64,000 nucleotides of DNA from Macrostomum lignano (GCA_002269645.1 NIVC01001847.1:1-64000); one strand, 5' to 3'; counted from the first letter of the stretch, positions 1 through 13,247 are shown. A program made the numbers and translations. The notes: a model not told the origin generated them from the letters alone.

Positions 1-836
1 TGGTTTGTGAAGATTCTATGGTTTGTGAAGATTCTATGGTTTGTGAAGCTTAATGGTTTCTGAAGATTCTATGGTTTGTGAAGCTTCTATGGTTTGTGAA
101 GCTTCTATGTTTGTGAAGATTCTATGGTTTGTGAGGATTCTATGTTTGTGAAGATCTATGTTGTGAAGATTATATTTTGTGAAGATGCTAGTTTGTGAAG
201 ATTCTATTTTGTGAAGATGCTAGTTTGTGAAGATTGCTAGTTTGTGAAGATTCTATTTGTGAAATGCTAGTTTGTGAAGATTCTATTTTGTGAAGATGCT
301 AGTTTGTGAAGATTCTTATTTTGTGAAGATGCTAGTTTTTGTGAAGATGCTAGTTTGTGAAGATTCTATTTTTGTGAAGATGCTAGTTTGTGAAGATGCT
401 AGTTTTGAAGATTCTATTTTGTGAAGATGCTAGTTTGTGAAGATTCTATTTTGTGAAGATGCTAGTTTGTGAAGCATGCTAGTATTGTGAAGATTCTATT
501 TTGTGAAGATGCTAGTTTGTGAAGATTCTATTTTGTGAAGATGCTAGTTTGTCAATATTCTAGTTTGTGAAGATTCTATTTTGTGAAGATGCTAGTTTGT
601 CATATTCTAGTTTGTGAAGATTCTATTTTGTGAAGATGCTAGTTTGTCAATATTCTAGTTTGTGAAGATTCTATTTTGTGAAGATGCTAGTTTGTGAAGA
701 TTCTATTTGTGAAGATGCTAGTTTGTCAATTATTCTAGTTGTGAGATTCTATTTTGTGAAGATGCTAGTTTGTGAAGATTCTATTTTGTGAAAGATGCTA
801 GTTTGTCAAGATTCTAGTTTGTGAATATTCTAGTTT
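1..836. repeat. Minisatellite, 16-17 bp units (tttgtgaagattctat / tttgtgaagatgctag), truncated by the window start
   Basis: Directly visible tandem array with two alternating unit variants. Confidence 0.95.
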
Positions 837-1289
837 CAACCCCAATGTACTCTATTTTGACTAAAAGTTGAAAATAAAGCTTTTGATTTGAGTAAGCAAT
901 CCAGATTCTCTTTCACGATATCCTTGGCCTACCCGCAGATTTCACACGAAGCTCGATTAAAAATGGCGAATAAAAATGAAATTAACTCCAAAGAGAAGGC
1001 AGCCCGCCACTTTGCCTGCGCACCAAAACGCCCTCAAGGCCAGTGTTGTATGAGTTCGAGTTTAAAATTCTTTCAAGTTTTACAGCTACATGTACATTTT
1101 AAGTTTTGATACAGAATGCGTGCGACTGGCTTTGATTTCATTCAGTTCTGAATCAAGTTTTTGCGTGCAAAGACCAACTGTGAAGTGCAGCGGGTCAGGG
1201 TCAGTGCTTCATCGCGCTTGAGCAGGACTCAATGGCTTGCTGTGGTCTGTCAGCTGACTTCATTGCCATGCTGTTCGCGCATTTTCTTC

Positions 1290-1890
1290 TGCCCTCTACT
1301 TACTCTCATCTACTTTCTCTCCTCTACTCCCTACTATCTACTCTCTCCCCTTTTCTCTCTCCCTCGACTCTCTCCCATATATACTCTTTCTTTACTCTCT
1401 CCACTCTACTCTCCTACACTCTTCCCCATCTACTCTCTATCTTTATCATCTACTCTCTCCCATCTACTCTCTCCCATCTACTCTCTTCCCTCTACTCTCT
1501 CCAATCTACTCTCTCCGCTCTACTCTCTTCATTCTACTCTCTCCAATCTACTCTCTCCGCTCTACTCTCTTCACTGTACTCTCTCCAATCTACTTCTCCG
1601 CTCTACTCTCTTCACTGTACTCTCTCCAATCTACTCTCTCCGCTCTACTCTCTTCACTGTACTCTCTCCAATCTACTCTCTCCGCTCTACTCTCTTCACT
1701 GTACTCTCTCCAATCTACTCTCTCCGCTCTACTCTCTTCACTGTACTCTCTCCAATCTAACTCTCTCCGCTCTACTCTCTACTCTACTCTCTCCCCTCTC
1801 TAGTTTTCTCCCTCTCTCTCTCTCCCATCTACTCTCCTATCTACTCTCTCCCCTCTACTCTACTCTACTCTACTCTACTCCACTCCCCTA
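1290..1890. repeat. Pyrimidine-rich ctactctct-based array with a 42-bp higher-order core
   Basis: Repeated ctctctccaatctactctctccgctctactctcttcactgta; translates as the 14-aa period LSPIYSLRSTLFTV. Confidence 0.9.
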
Positions 1891-4476
1891 CATTCTCGCT
1901 CCTGTCTCCCATATGCCGCATGCCACTTGAAGCGACTTCAGTCTCAGTTTCAACCACCAGCCCAGCAGCCGCACGCTCCTCCCCCCCGCAGTTCGCACCC
2001 CACCCGCGGTGCGTGAAAATGGAAGAAAAAAATTATTGAAACTCTTCTTGGAGAAAAACTCGAATTCGCACCTTCTTTTCCTGATTGACTTTTTCTGGCT
2101 TAACGGGTCCTCCCCTTCAGACAAGAATGATGGAGCATTTTTATCGGAAATAAGTGGGTCCTTTCGCCGCCCCCCCCCCGAGTTCCATTGTCACATTTTG
2201 CCTTTTCTTAACAATATTCACAAAATTTATGACTTTTTATGCGCGAGCAGGTTGTTGGCGTTGACTTCTTTAGAAGACTTCGGGGGGGATGGGTAATTAT
2301 CTTATTTTTTCAACGCCCCATTGACACCTGTGGACGCATCTGCTCAGGCATCAGAGACGATGACGAATGAATGAATAAAAGGATGCTGGAACGGTGAATA
2401 TTGCTGGCTAATTTTATGCAACTTTGACAAACTTTGCGGATAATTTCAGTTGAAATTTTTTTCTGATCAATAATCAGGAGGGAATGTTCGCAAACGACTT
2501 TGGGAGAATCTAAGTTTGAGACTGGTTGGCCTTTTTCGCTCTTCCCATGGGAATTTTTATGCCGAAGCTCAAGTGGCGAGCGGGGGGAAGGGAGAATTTG
2601 AATCGTAAAAAAGTGAGGCTGATGAGGGAATATTTGATGAAGCCAGGCAGAGGCTGGGGCACAAAGACAAGTATTGAGCATAGCCGTGATCGGGGAGAAA
2701 CTGACCACAAACAACAAAGACCGCAATGTATGGAAGGGCGAGTCAGTCGATCTCAGTTGATTGATGAAGGGGGGACTCTGGGATCTCGACTCCGATCTGA
2801 CTTCTACACATAGCGTGTGTCTGTCGCCAAGGCGGGTCGCGGTGGAGCTTCAGCTTGAAACTGACCCCTTAGCGACCGAATCGGGTGTGGGTGTGTGCTC
2901 AGCCGAGCATCCTTCCCACGCTGGGTCTCGGCCTTCCAGTTTATCGCCCTCCCCGCCCGCTTCGGTTGGTCAGCTGCCTGTCAAAACACTCGCTGATCTG
3001 ACGTACTGATGATAAATCGATGGACGTGAAACTGAGACCGGATTGCGGATGAGGAGGAATCTAATGGATTTTTATGTACATTGCATGCGCTGAGTCCCTA
3101 TCTGACATCTGCTGGTTCTCGAGCTGGATTTAGAAAGATGCTCATCTACACATGCGGGTGGGAACTGACACTGAATGTTTTTGGATATCCGTCCGTTTCA
3201 AACATGTTGAGAGTTCCACCTGCCCGCCTCGGATAGCCGTCAAACAACTTGAAAAACCCGTGGATTATGAAAAAAGCACAATTTAAAGTTTTTTTCCAGT
3301 TTCACACTTTCCTATTTATTTCAAACAATGGTATACTAGCCTTGGACTCGGCACTTGCAGTCAGCCACATGTTCGCCCCCAGTCCCCGCACAATATCTCT
3401 CTCGTATCAGGCAGTAAATTCCATAAGGATATCAGTTCTAAGAAAGTATTGCGTAACAGCCAATAAAAAGTTTAGTATATAATAAACAATATCGGCATTC
3501 GACTGGAGTTGAAACTTCGCCTGTATCTAAGGCAGGTGGGGTCAATATTAACTGGCAATAAATCTGTTCTTATTCGAAAAATTAGCACAGCTTTGAAAAT
3601 TCGAATATAGTAGCTCCGGATATGGCTGCGTGATTTTGTACAATGCACACAGATTGCACTGAGGTGTTTATTAAAACATGAAACAATGACATTACCATAG
3701 AAGCTGAACGAATCATCGTTGCGGTTGCTAGGACTACTTGGATTTTTTCAACTGTAGCTGTCAGACCGTGTCCACTATAGTCCTAATCACAGGGTCACAA
3801 TGGGTGACAGTGACTGCGGGACCGCAATGTGACTATTCAATCTATTCAATCTTGATTTGCCTAATTATAGTGGGAAAGAAGATGGAAGGAAAGAAGTCTT
3901 CTTACGCACTGTTTCCAGGGCCTGCAGTGTAACCTGCAGTCAAATTGTGCTCAAAGTTTTTTATTGCTATAGAAAAAATTTATACATACAAGATATCTAT
4001 TGTTACACATTTTTAGTTAAGTCTATATCTTTCTCTGACACAATCCATATTCGGTCTCGGATTTCGACCGAGCAGTTAACAAATATTACGCATCCAAACG
4101 CTCTGACGTCAATCACAAACACATTCTGCACTGGTTTAAAGCGACTTTTTCAATTGTCCTTCTTATCTACATCGAGGGCCCACTTCTAAACCGCGTATTT
4201 GACGACTTTCTGTAAGAGGGACTGCGCAATACCTTTGGTAGAGATTAGTTTCTCAAAATCGCTCTCCATTTCTCTGCCTTACTGATATTGGGTTTCTCGC
4301 AGTTGGTGCGAAAGATTAGCGCTGACTGATAAGATTTAAATGGTTCATGAAGTTCACGATGTGGGGCGATTGTTGGCTAATTAAGGCAGAATAAGACTGC
4401 CTGTGAGATTAGATGGAGATGAGCTTTTTATTGAGACTGGAAGAATGGCGAGTGGAGAGGGAGAAAGGATACAGAT

Positions 4477-5112
4477 GGTACAGAGGGTACAGAGGGTAGA
4501 GAGGGTACAGAGGGTAGAGAGGGTACAGAGGGTAGAGAGGGTACAGAGGGTAGAGAGGGTACAGAGGGAAAAGAGGGTAGAAAAGGCAGAGAGTGTACAG
4601 AGGGTACGGAGGGTACAGAGGGTAGAGAGGGTACAGAGGGTAGAGAGGCTACGGGGTACAGAGGGAATAGAGGATAGAAAGGGCAGAGAGTGTACAGAGG
4701 GTACGGAGGGTACAGAGGGTACGGAGGGTACAGAGGGTAGAGAGGGTACAGAAGATAGAGAGGGTACAGAGGTTAGAGAGGGTACAGAGGGTACAGAGGG
4801 TAGAGAGGGTACAGAGGGGAGAGAGGGTACAGAGGGTACAGAGGGGAGAGAGGGTACAGAGGGTACAGAGGTTAGAGAGGGTACAGAGGGTACAGAGGGT
4901 AGAGAGGGTACAGAGGGGAGAGAGGGTACAGAGGGTAGAGAGGGTACAGAAGATAGAGAGGGTACAGAGGTTAGAGAGGGTACAGAGGGTACAGAGGGTA
5001 GAGAGGGTACAGAGAATAGAGAGGGTACAGAGGGTACAGAGAATAGAGAGGGTACAGAGGATAGAGAGGGTACAGAGGGTACAGAGGGTACAGAGGGTAC
5101 AGAGGGTACAGA
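4477..5112. repeat. Purine-rich 9-bp minisatellite (gagggtaca / gagggtaga)
   Basis: Visible tandem array; source of the spurious VERVQR/TEG ORFs. Confidence 0.95.
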
Positions 5113-5543
5113 AGGGAGATATGAGTGATAGGAGAAGCAAACTGAAAATTCGTTCTAATTTTTGATTTTCGTAAAAACTGAATAACTGGAATCAATGCAA
5201 GGTTATTGATTTAATTGGCCTTGAACAGCGCAGTTATTCACATTTTGTTGTCTCTGAATTTTTATTAAGAGGCTAGGAAAAATTGGAAAATTGAAGTTAC
5301 AAATTTGAATAGTTGAATGCTTATATTGCATTTTTGTACATAATTATGAGCGGACAAGCTAGTTAATTAGACTAATAAAATTGACAGAGCACAGAGTTGA
5401 TTTATCTATAAATAAAACGGAGAATGCAATTTATGTACAATCAGTGCAATATGCTCTGTGGCGCGGGTATGTATTGTACATACAAAGGAATGTGGAAGAA
5501 GAGAGTAACTAAGCGCTATGTTGAACTGCATTCTACTCATTGC

Positions 5544-5963
5544 TCATGCTCGGGACTTGCCCAGCAGCAGGAGGCCCAGACGGCGCTGGATGTCGGCGGG
5601 CAGCGGCGTGTCGGCCAAGGGGCGTCGCTGGCTGGACTCGAGCCGCTGTCTATGGCCGAAAGGGTCAGTGTAGTCGAGAGAGCGCAGCTGCTCGGAGCCG
5701 TCCTGTCGGATCTCCAGGAGGCTGCCGTCGCTGAACAGGACCCTGGTGTCGTTGTCGCTCAGCTGCTGCACATCCGCCACCTGCAGCAGCGGCTGAGTCG
5801 GAATTGGAACCGGTGTCGGAGTCGGGGTAGACTTCGATGATGAGGTCGCGGGTTCGAGCCCCGAATCGGCTGGCGCTCGACCGATAGTGGCGGGGAAGCA
5901 GCAGCGGCCCGGCGAGGACAGGGCGGCCAGCGCGGATTCGACTCGTTTCACCTGGTCGAAGGT
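5544..5963 (-). CDS. PLK4: PLK4 exon 8 (end of PB2, PB3, stop)
   Basis: ttccAG acceptor; [12 protein letters not shown]...FPATIGRAP continues the PB2 helix; PB3 motif follows. Confidence 0.88.
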   Translation of the reverse strand, partial: TFDQVKRVESALAALSSPGRCCFPATIGRAPADSGLEPATSSSKSTPTPTPVPIPTQPLLQVADVQQLSDNDTRVLFSDGSLLEIRQDGSEQLRSLDYTDPFGHRQRLESSQRRPLADTPLPADIQRRLGLLLLGKSRA

Positions 5964-8900
5964 CTGGAATTAGCAAACGGGTATTAGAAATAATTAGCTC
6001 CGGATTTTGGGAAGTTCTTCCCACCCCTAGCGACCAAACCGATTCCCTCATTAGCCACCGGAGGGTGAATGACTTGAGCTTGCTTCGGCGAGCAAATTTT
6101 GCTCTCCTAATCTCAAGAGGATTCTCCATTCGGCTCTCTCTTGTCTCGCCTAAATCCCATGCGAAATATGCCTTGACTATATTGCCCGGTCAGATATGGC
6201 ACGCAGAGGAGGGGAGCTCGCCCTTAATGAGACACGCGGCCGCCTCTTCCGCCCGGGAATATTGATTAGATGAGGCGGGAATTATTTAGGAGCTGGAGAG
6301 AGGGATAAAATTTTGTGGCGCGGCTCGGGAATCTATATTGGACCAACAATGGCCACCCGCACGGCAACTAATTAAGGCGCTCAGAGCTCTGGGTGTGTCC
6401 GGCGCGGGTCAGCCAGCTAGCAACAGAGCTGCCCCCTCCCCCGCCCACCTGAGGGACGGCCGTGAGCAGTCTCTCAACATCCTCTCTGTGTGAGTGTGGG
6501 AGAGCGATTGAGTAAGCGGTTTCACAACACACACAGAGTGAGGGGTGACCTATGGCTACCAGTCGATCCACCCACCAGCTGTGACGGCCTCACAAAGCTC
6601 TCTCCCATCCAGCCTCCAATCTATTCATCCATTATTAGCCCCATCAGTCCAGGGGTTTAATTAGCATTGCCGAAATTCAAAGCTATAATATACACACACA
6701 GTAACTCGGGGGTAGGGCGATTTCGGCAATCAATTTTGGCAAAATCGGGCAAGCGGATGAAGGCAAAACACTGGACGGGGGGCAGGGATTGTGCTTGATG
6801 GGCCGCTGGCTCACCTCATTAACATAATGCAGAATCTCCGCTTCATCTGGCGACAAGCTGCGCAGCTCGACCGGCTTGCCGTCGACTGTCATTCGAAGTC
6901 CGCCATTGCGTCGACCTGCCCGACGGCCGTTGTAGAAGTACACGGCAAAGTCGGGCTCCGGGTCGCTGTTCTCGAACAGCACGCACCTGGCTCGGTCCGT
7001 GTGCAGCACAACCTTGGCGGTGTTGCTGCGCAGGATGCTGATGAAGGAGTCTGCGAGTTGGTAGAGTCGGGCAGCTCGGTCTGGCAGATCCGGGAAGATG
7101 AACTTCTCAGCTGATGACCAGTCCAGGCTGTCTTGCTGCTGCTGTTCGCTGATCAGAGCAACGTGTCGGCCATCTGGTTCGATTCTCAGCACCCTTCTTG
7201 GTGGCGTGGACTTCCTTCCACCGACTTTGAACTGTTCGACTGTGAGGTCACCATCGGCAGTCAGGCTGAACACGGTCGGGCCCTTGACAACCCGACACGG
7301 CTCCAGGCGGGCGGTGCTCAGCGGGTTCTGCGGCAGTCGACGTCCGCGCTGAGAGCCCAGCGAGGAGGTCGGGTTGGATGAGGCGCAGGACTGCGGACCG
7401 TCTGACACGGTGTCGAGAGGCTGCTGATGCTGCTGATGCTGTTGAAGCCTTGGAGCCGCCACAGGAGCCGCCTGCGGACCCAGCGGGCTGCCCTCGGACT
7501 GGACGGCGCTTGAGTAGCCTTCGCTGTGCCTGGAGTGCCCGGTCAGAACTCCTCCTGTGGCGGCGGTGGCGGCGTTGCTGGCGGCTCCTCCGGCCTGCCG
7601 ACCGTCTGAGTGGCACCGCCGCAGGCTGGCGGCCGTCTGCAGATGCGGCGTTGAAGCTGCTGCTGGCGCCGGTCGATGCTGGCGCTGCTCAACTTGATGA
7701 AGCTGAGGCCGGGACAGCGACACGGAGGCCGGAGTTGATGGCGTGGCGACCGATGAGGCGGCGGCAGGGATGGGGGTGGAGGCGGCCAGACAGTGCGAGC
7801 CGCTCTGAACCGAATCGTTGCCCGAATCGTTGCTGGCGCTTCTCTCCTAGAAGATTCGCAGAATTGGAACAATTAATAGTTATTGTTGAAGACCGAATGG
7901 AGAATGGAAAAATATGATTTTTTTCTCTCTGTGGAACAATTGTCGTTACTCCATTAAATTCTAATAATAATAACCGCCCCGTTTTGGTTGACGAAGTTCG
8001 AAAAATGGACCGGGGGACTGTGATGAGTCCGCTTTTGTTTTGTCCGAACCGAAGCTCAACAAGTGCCTTGGCAACCAGATTTTTAGAGAGAGAGATAGGG
8101 GCTACTGATGGGCACTTGATAGGATTGAACCTCTACACACTTTCATTTCTCACCTGCACTCAAAACTTTTCCAACGCTCGAGTATCGAGTGCTCAAAAAT
8201 AGGCGAGAGTGATGCATGGGATACAATCGATCCGCTATTCCCCACCCTCTGCAGTCCATCTGGTTTCTATAGGGTATGCAACAGCGGCTCTCAAGAGCTG
8301 TGAATGGCAGAGTAACAGCATATATAGCATCGGGGTCTATAGATTCTCAAAATATTAAAATATAGGAGTTTAATTTTCTTCCCCGCGAATCCTCTCCTCT
8401 GCAAGCAACAGCGCTTGTTGCGTCCATTTTGCTTTCATCGCAATCCCTGGTTGCTAGGATGACCAGTTGGCCAGTCCCTCTGGCTCGCTCGGTCAAGGGA
8501 AGCTGAGCTGAGGCATTTCGGCTTTTTAGAATGGCTTTTGAAGGATAATAAATATTTACAATCGAGGAGGGGGGATCTGGAAGCCGGTGAGAGGAGACGG
8601 CGAGCAATCTCTCCCACAGCTCAAAGTCTTACGCAATAAGTTGGTCACTTTTTGTTATACGGCGTCATCCCCGAGACGGGAGGGCGGACAGACGGGGCTA
8701 TCGCAACAGCTTAGGAATTCCCATCCATCTCATGCCATGGATACTGGGATCAGGGGGTGTAGGGGCGTCGTTATCGAAGATAAGACGAAATCCTTCATGT
8801 GTTTGGGGGGCGGCTGGCCTCTGTGTGTGATAGAGATTTTGTCTACAGTAGCCACCCACCTGTCGGCAGATATCGACAAATTCCCTGACAGTGTGACATG

Positions 8901-11900
8901 ATGGCTTCTACCATGGGATCTGTGATGAGTGCCATTTTTGGGATCTGTGATGATGAGTGTCATTTTTGGGATCTGTGATGATGAGTGCCATTTTTGGGAT
9001 CTGTGATAAGTGCCATTTTTGGGATCTGTGATAAGTGCCATTTTTGGGAGCTGTGATAAGTGCCATTTTTGGGAGCTGTGATAAGTGCCATTTTCGGGAT
9101 CCGTGATGAGTGCCATTTTTGGGATCGGTGATAAGTGCCATTTTTGGGATCCGTGATGAGTGCCATTTTTGGGATCTGTGATAAGTGCCATTTTTGGGAT
9201 CCGTGATGAGTGCCATTTTTGGTTTTTTGACCTGGCAAAGAGCACTCACATGCGCCTTGTCCCGCATAAACGGGTGCTGAAGAACTTGAGCCAGAGTCAG
9301 TCGCTCTTTCGGTCTCTCCCGCAGCAGTTTAGCAATCAGGTCGATGGCCTCGGGGTGCAGGCTGCCCGGGATATCGTACTTCAGCCGTCTGGCGTTGTCT
9401 ATGGTCGACTTCGGGTCCTTGGTGTCAAACGGCGCCTTGCCAACCAGCATGGTGTACAACATCACGCCCAACGACCAGACGTCCACTTCTGGACCTTGCA
9501 CTCCTTGACTGCTGACCTCCCTGCAGTGGCATGCAAGGTTCAATGTTTGATTGTTTGAAAATATGATATCATAAAAATCAAATTGCGCATAGTAAAATTG
9601 AAACAATATATAGACTGTTTTTATTGCTCAAATTTCAACAACTGCTCATGTTCACTCATGCAGCGCGATCTGTCTGGCTGATGTTGGCTGATCTGGATTT
9701 TAAGCCAAAGTGTCTACAGAACTGAACTCTGACTTTTCCCCACACTTTGGAAGCGCCAGAGCGTGCCACCTAAGCTGCGGAACCACAGCAAGATTTCCTC
9801 CTTGTCCAGCTGGAGGTGCTGGGGTCTGAAGATTTCGCAACGCCAACGCATCCTGAAGCCGGCGCTCAAGCCTCGGGGGCAAATTTATGGAGAGACATTG
9901 AGTAAAAGCAGATTTGTTCTTGAATCTTATTTTGAATCAATTTGTTGGTTTGCCGTCTCGACTGACTTGAGCTGACAGCCTTTGCACCTAAACTCATTGG
10001 CGGAACCTGACAATCTCTGGCAAGACTGTTAGTCGCAATTCCCGAGGTTCTTCTGCCCGAATTCATTGCTAACGAAAAAATCCCAATCAAGCATTGACCC
10101 AATCAGGTAGAAAACTGATCAATTAGAAATTCCAGTTGCTCAACGGGATGGTTTTAGAGAGATAGCGATGGCAAAAATAGTCAGGTTGAACAGATCAATT
10201 AGCATAAAATTAGCATTTTTACAACTATGTGTTGTCGGTGTTTTAATTAACAATGTAACGTCGGCTTGAGAACTCACGGTGAGATGTAGTTTGGAGTGCC
10301 GCACATGGTCTTGTTGGTCCGGTCCTCCGACAGTTCAGCGGCTAACCCGAAGTCCGAGATCTTCTGCAGGAAAAAAGACAGAAAGAAAAAAATTGTCACT
10401 TCCTCTGAACGTTTTGGAAGCGCTGTTTAAGGAGTGCCGTTTTGGGGGCGCCGTTTAGGGAGCGCCGTTTTGGGGGCGCCGTTTAGGGAATGCCGTTTTG
10501 GGGGCACCGTTTAGGGAGCGCCGTTTTGGGAGCGCCGTTTTGGGGGCGCCGTTTAGGGAGTGCCGTTTTGGCGGCGCCGTTTTGGGGCGCCGTTTGGGGG
10601 CGCCGTTTAGGGAGTGCCGTTTTGGGGGCGCCGTTTAGGGAGTGCCGTTTTGGGGGCGCCGTTTTGGGGGCACCGTTTTGGGGGCGCCGTTTAGGGAGCG
10701 CCGTTTTGAGGGCGTCGTTCTGGGAGCGCCGTTTTTCTGGGGTCGCTAATTACAACACTCTTTCCTACACACCAAACACCAATTCATACCCAATGCAACT
10801 CACCACTTTGCAGTCTTCAGTGAGCAGCAGGTTTGCCAGGGTGAGATCCCTGTGAATGATTCCGCTCCGATGCAAATAGCACAGGCCAGCAACGATCTGC
10901 TTAAGAAAGTAGCGAACTACAAAAGAATGGTTTTGGGGTGATGTTTTTTTTAATTATTGATTGATAGATTCCTTGATTTACGCTTCTAAACTGTTGGGAC
11001 TATCGCTCGGACTAACCTTTGTCTTCGCTAAGACAGCCATTGCGTCGTACATAGTCGTGCAGATTTCCGCCCTGGCACAGTTCCAGCACAATGTAGACAT
11101 TGGCGGTGTCCTCAAAGTATGAGTAGAGCTGCAGTGTGTGGCGCATGTGTGTGGGGTGGAGTTTTTAGTTACCGGCGATAGAACATGTGATGGAGTATAC
11201 GGGATAGCAAAACTGTCACCACAGACTCTTTAAAAACCGCTTGACCACCCACTGGCTGATTAAAGAAGCGCCATTGCGCTCCACTTGAAGAGCATTCCAA
11301 GCAAAAGCCAACATCAACGCGCTATCTGTCTTCACTGACCAGCTGCCGAGAGTAATCGAGGTGTCACTGAACTGTTGATTAATTTAATTATTTAAAGAAT
11401 TTGCTCAACACCCCTACCCCCCATACTATTCAGTCTACCTGAGTCTACCACTTGAAAATCTCTTTTTAACGAATCGGTAGGGTAAAGACACACCTGCATA
11501 GGCCATGGGTACCAAGGGACTGCATGTGAGGCGGGAATGCTGCATGCATTTTTCTGTTAGAAGCTTTTGCTTACTCTAGGTCACTCAGTGTGTACACAAT
11601 CCTTCGTCTCAACTCTCGTGCCATTTTCTCTCTTTCCTTCTCTTCAACGTTTCACTGCACTCTGCTGCGCATGGGATGTACACTTGCTGTACAGTGTGCC
11701 TCTCTCTGTCTACTCACCTGCAAGCAGGCTGGCTCTCTCTCTGCCTCACCCGTCCACCTCATCTCCTGCTACTGCAGGAAAGACTGCCTGTCTGTCTGAC
11801 TAAGCAAGAGCGCACTGAGTTATCTTTCCTGCCTATGCTATAGTTCTATTGAAATCTAGCACAAAGCACCGAGTTCCAGCAGTGTTAGATTAGTTTGAGT

Positions 11901-13238
11901 TCAAATTTTGCTCACCTGCAGCACAAACTGATGCCTCAGCCGTTGGTGAATGCTGATCTCGCTGATCACGCGGCTCGTCATATTGCGTTGGTGGACCTTC
12001 CGTTTGTCCAACTGTACAATGCGGGGGTGTTGTGAATGGGAGACGTGGCATTGTAGGTTATTGCGAGACAAAATTGGAAATCCAATTCAACTTTTGTTGA
12101 ATCTAAATGTTGACTTTTTAATAATCGCTTAGTGGTCAGCGTTCTCACGTCTGTTTTGTCACTCGTAACTTTCATATTGTCAATGCTATAGAGTCGCACC
12201 ATGTACACTAATATATGTTTATTCTATACCTAACTCTTTCAACTTTCAAATTATAGGCATGAAAATTTTCAATAGATATAATTTGTTAGTTTATGCATGT
12301 CACGCTTTGTTGTCTCAGTGTCAAACCTTGATCGACGGTCTCTAAAAGTTTAAAATTCCAGTCAAATTTTCAATTGTTTGCTCAACTTAAAACAAATTTC
12401 TATTTTAGGATTCGATTTTTGGAATTTGGCGAATCCCGTATATAGATTTATGAAGCTTTCTGTGGTCAGTCAGTGAGTCTGTCACTGCGCCCATCCTTGC
12501 GGGTGCCAGGTGATTAGATGATTCGGGAGATTACAGTGTGGGTTAGGGATATACCGCAGAATCGGCCTTCCAGCCTGCACCAATACTGCAGAGTCTCCGC
12601 GATGGTCAAGGCTGTGACAGGATCTCTGGGTGGTTACCATCTTGATAAGAGTAGGACAGGGAGGTTGGGGATGCAGGGGCGGGGTCCGGTTGTTTCCCTG
12701 CACTACCATATAGGAGTTGATTGGGCTCCGCCTACATGATATTTCCAGTGTGTAATCCTGCCTCACTAATCTCTCTGACCAATCTAACTCTCCGTCTGAC
12801 CAATGTGATTCTCTTCCCGTTACTAGTCTGACTCTCTCTGATTGACCAGTCTGACTCTCTCCGTCTGACCAGTCTGACTCTCCGTCTGACCATTCTGACT
12901 CTCCGTCTGACCAATATGACTCTCTCTGTCTGACCATTCTGACTCTCCGTCTGACCAATATGACTCTCTCTCAGTCTGACCAGTCTGACCAATATGACTC
13001 TCTCTGTCTGACCAGTCTGACTCTCAGTCTGACCAGTCTGACTCTCTCCATATGAAAAAGTATAAACTAAAAAAGTTCTCACCACTTTGATCGCCACAGG
13101 TTTGCCAGTCCGCTTGCAGGTGGCCTGGTAGACTCTACCGAAACCGCCATCGCCAAGGTGACTACCGAATTCGTAGTCCTCGGCAGCCAGTCCGAGCTGG
13201 TCGCAGTTGAACTCAGACTTTTCTCCACAGTCGGACAT
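5544..13238 (-). CDS. PLK4: Polo-like kinase 4 (SAK), 8 exons, 761 aa: join(13238-13083,12011-11916,11128-11017,10916-10804,10363-10278,9520-9250,7846-6815,5963-5544)
   Basis: All seven introns are GT-AG with matching phases (2286 nt total). Kinase motifs [40 protein letters not shown]; DSGNDS degron; cryptic polo box (PLSTARLEP..., [25 protein letters not shown]); PB3 (VLFSDGSLL...LPADIQRRL). Confidence 0.95.
6815..7846 (-). CDS. PLK4: PLK4 exon 7 (DSG degron, linker, PB1 and most of PB2)
   Basis: ttctAG acceptor, GTGAGC donor; in frame with ORF 6683..7723. Confidence 0.88.
8912..9221. repeat. 25-bp minisatellite (tgccatttttgggatctgtgataag) in PLK4 intron 6
   Basis: About 12 visible tandem copies. 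Confidence 0.93.
9250..9520 (-). CDS. PLK4: PLK4 exon 6 ([18 protein letters not shown]...HPFMRDKAH)
   Basis: ctgcAG acceptor, GTGAGT donor; kinase C-lobe. Confidence 0.92.
10278..10363 (-). CDS. PLK4: PLK4 exon 5 ([29 protein letters not shown])
   Basis: ttcctgcAG acceptor, GTGAGT donor; DFG and activation loop. Confidence 0.92.
10425..10737. repeat. 14-15-bp GC-rich minisatellite (gggggcgccgtttt / gggagcgccgttta) in PLK4 intron 5
   Basis: Visible tandem array lying between exons 4 and 5 (fourth intron in transcript order). Confidence 0.9.
10804..10916 (-). CDS. PLK4: PLK4 exon 4 (...[17 protein letters not shown])
   Basis: ttttgtAG acceptor, GTGAGT donor; catalytic loop. Confidence 0.92.
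11017..11128 (-). CDS. PLK4: PLK4 exon 3 ([23 protein letters not shown]...)
   Basis: ctgcAG acceptor, GTTAGT donor; hinge region. Confidence 0.9.
11916..12011 (-). CDS. PLK4: PLK4 exon 2 ([32 protein letters not shown])
   Basis: tacAG acceptor, GTGAGC donor, alphaC Glu; 96 nt. Confidence 0.9.
12766..13050. repeat. Degenerate ctctccgtctgaccagtctgact-type minisatellite in PLK4 intron 1
   Basis: Repeated tctgacca motif; it extends ORF 12732..13238 spuriously. Confidence 0.85.
13083..13238 (-). CDS. PLK4: PLK4 exon 1 ([10 protein letters not shown]...VAIKV)
   Basis: Gly-rich loop and catalytic Lys; donor GTGAGA at 13082. Confidence 0.9.
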
Positions 13239-13247
13239 TTCAACTCT

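Noticed and set aside
1161-1930. Ser/Leu-rich ORFs
   Set aside because: Low-complexity pyrimidine repeat
2000-4400. Possible LINE or Penelope remnants (also 6060-6680, 8100-8900, 12480-12740)
   Set aside because: No diagnostic RT or endonuclease motif could be recovered by eye
4403-5195. VERVQR/TEG and LCTL ORFs
   Set aside because: 9-bp repeat translations
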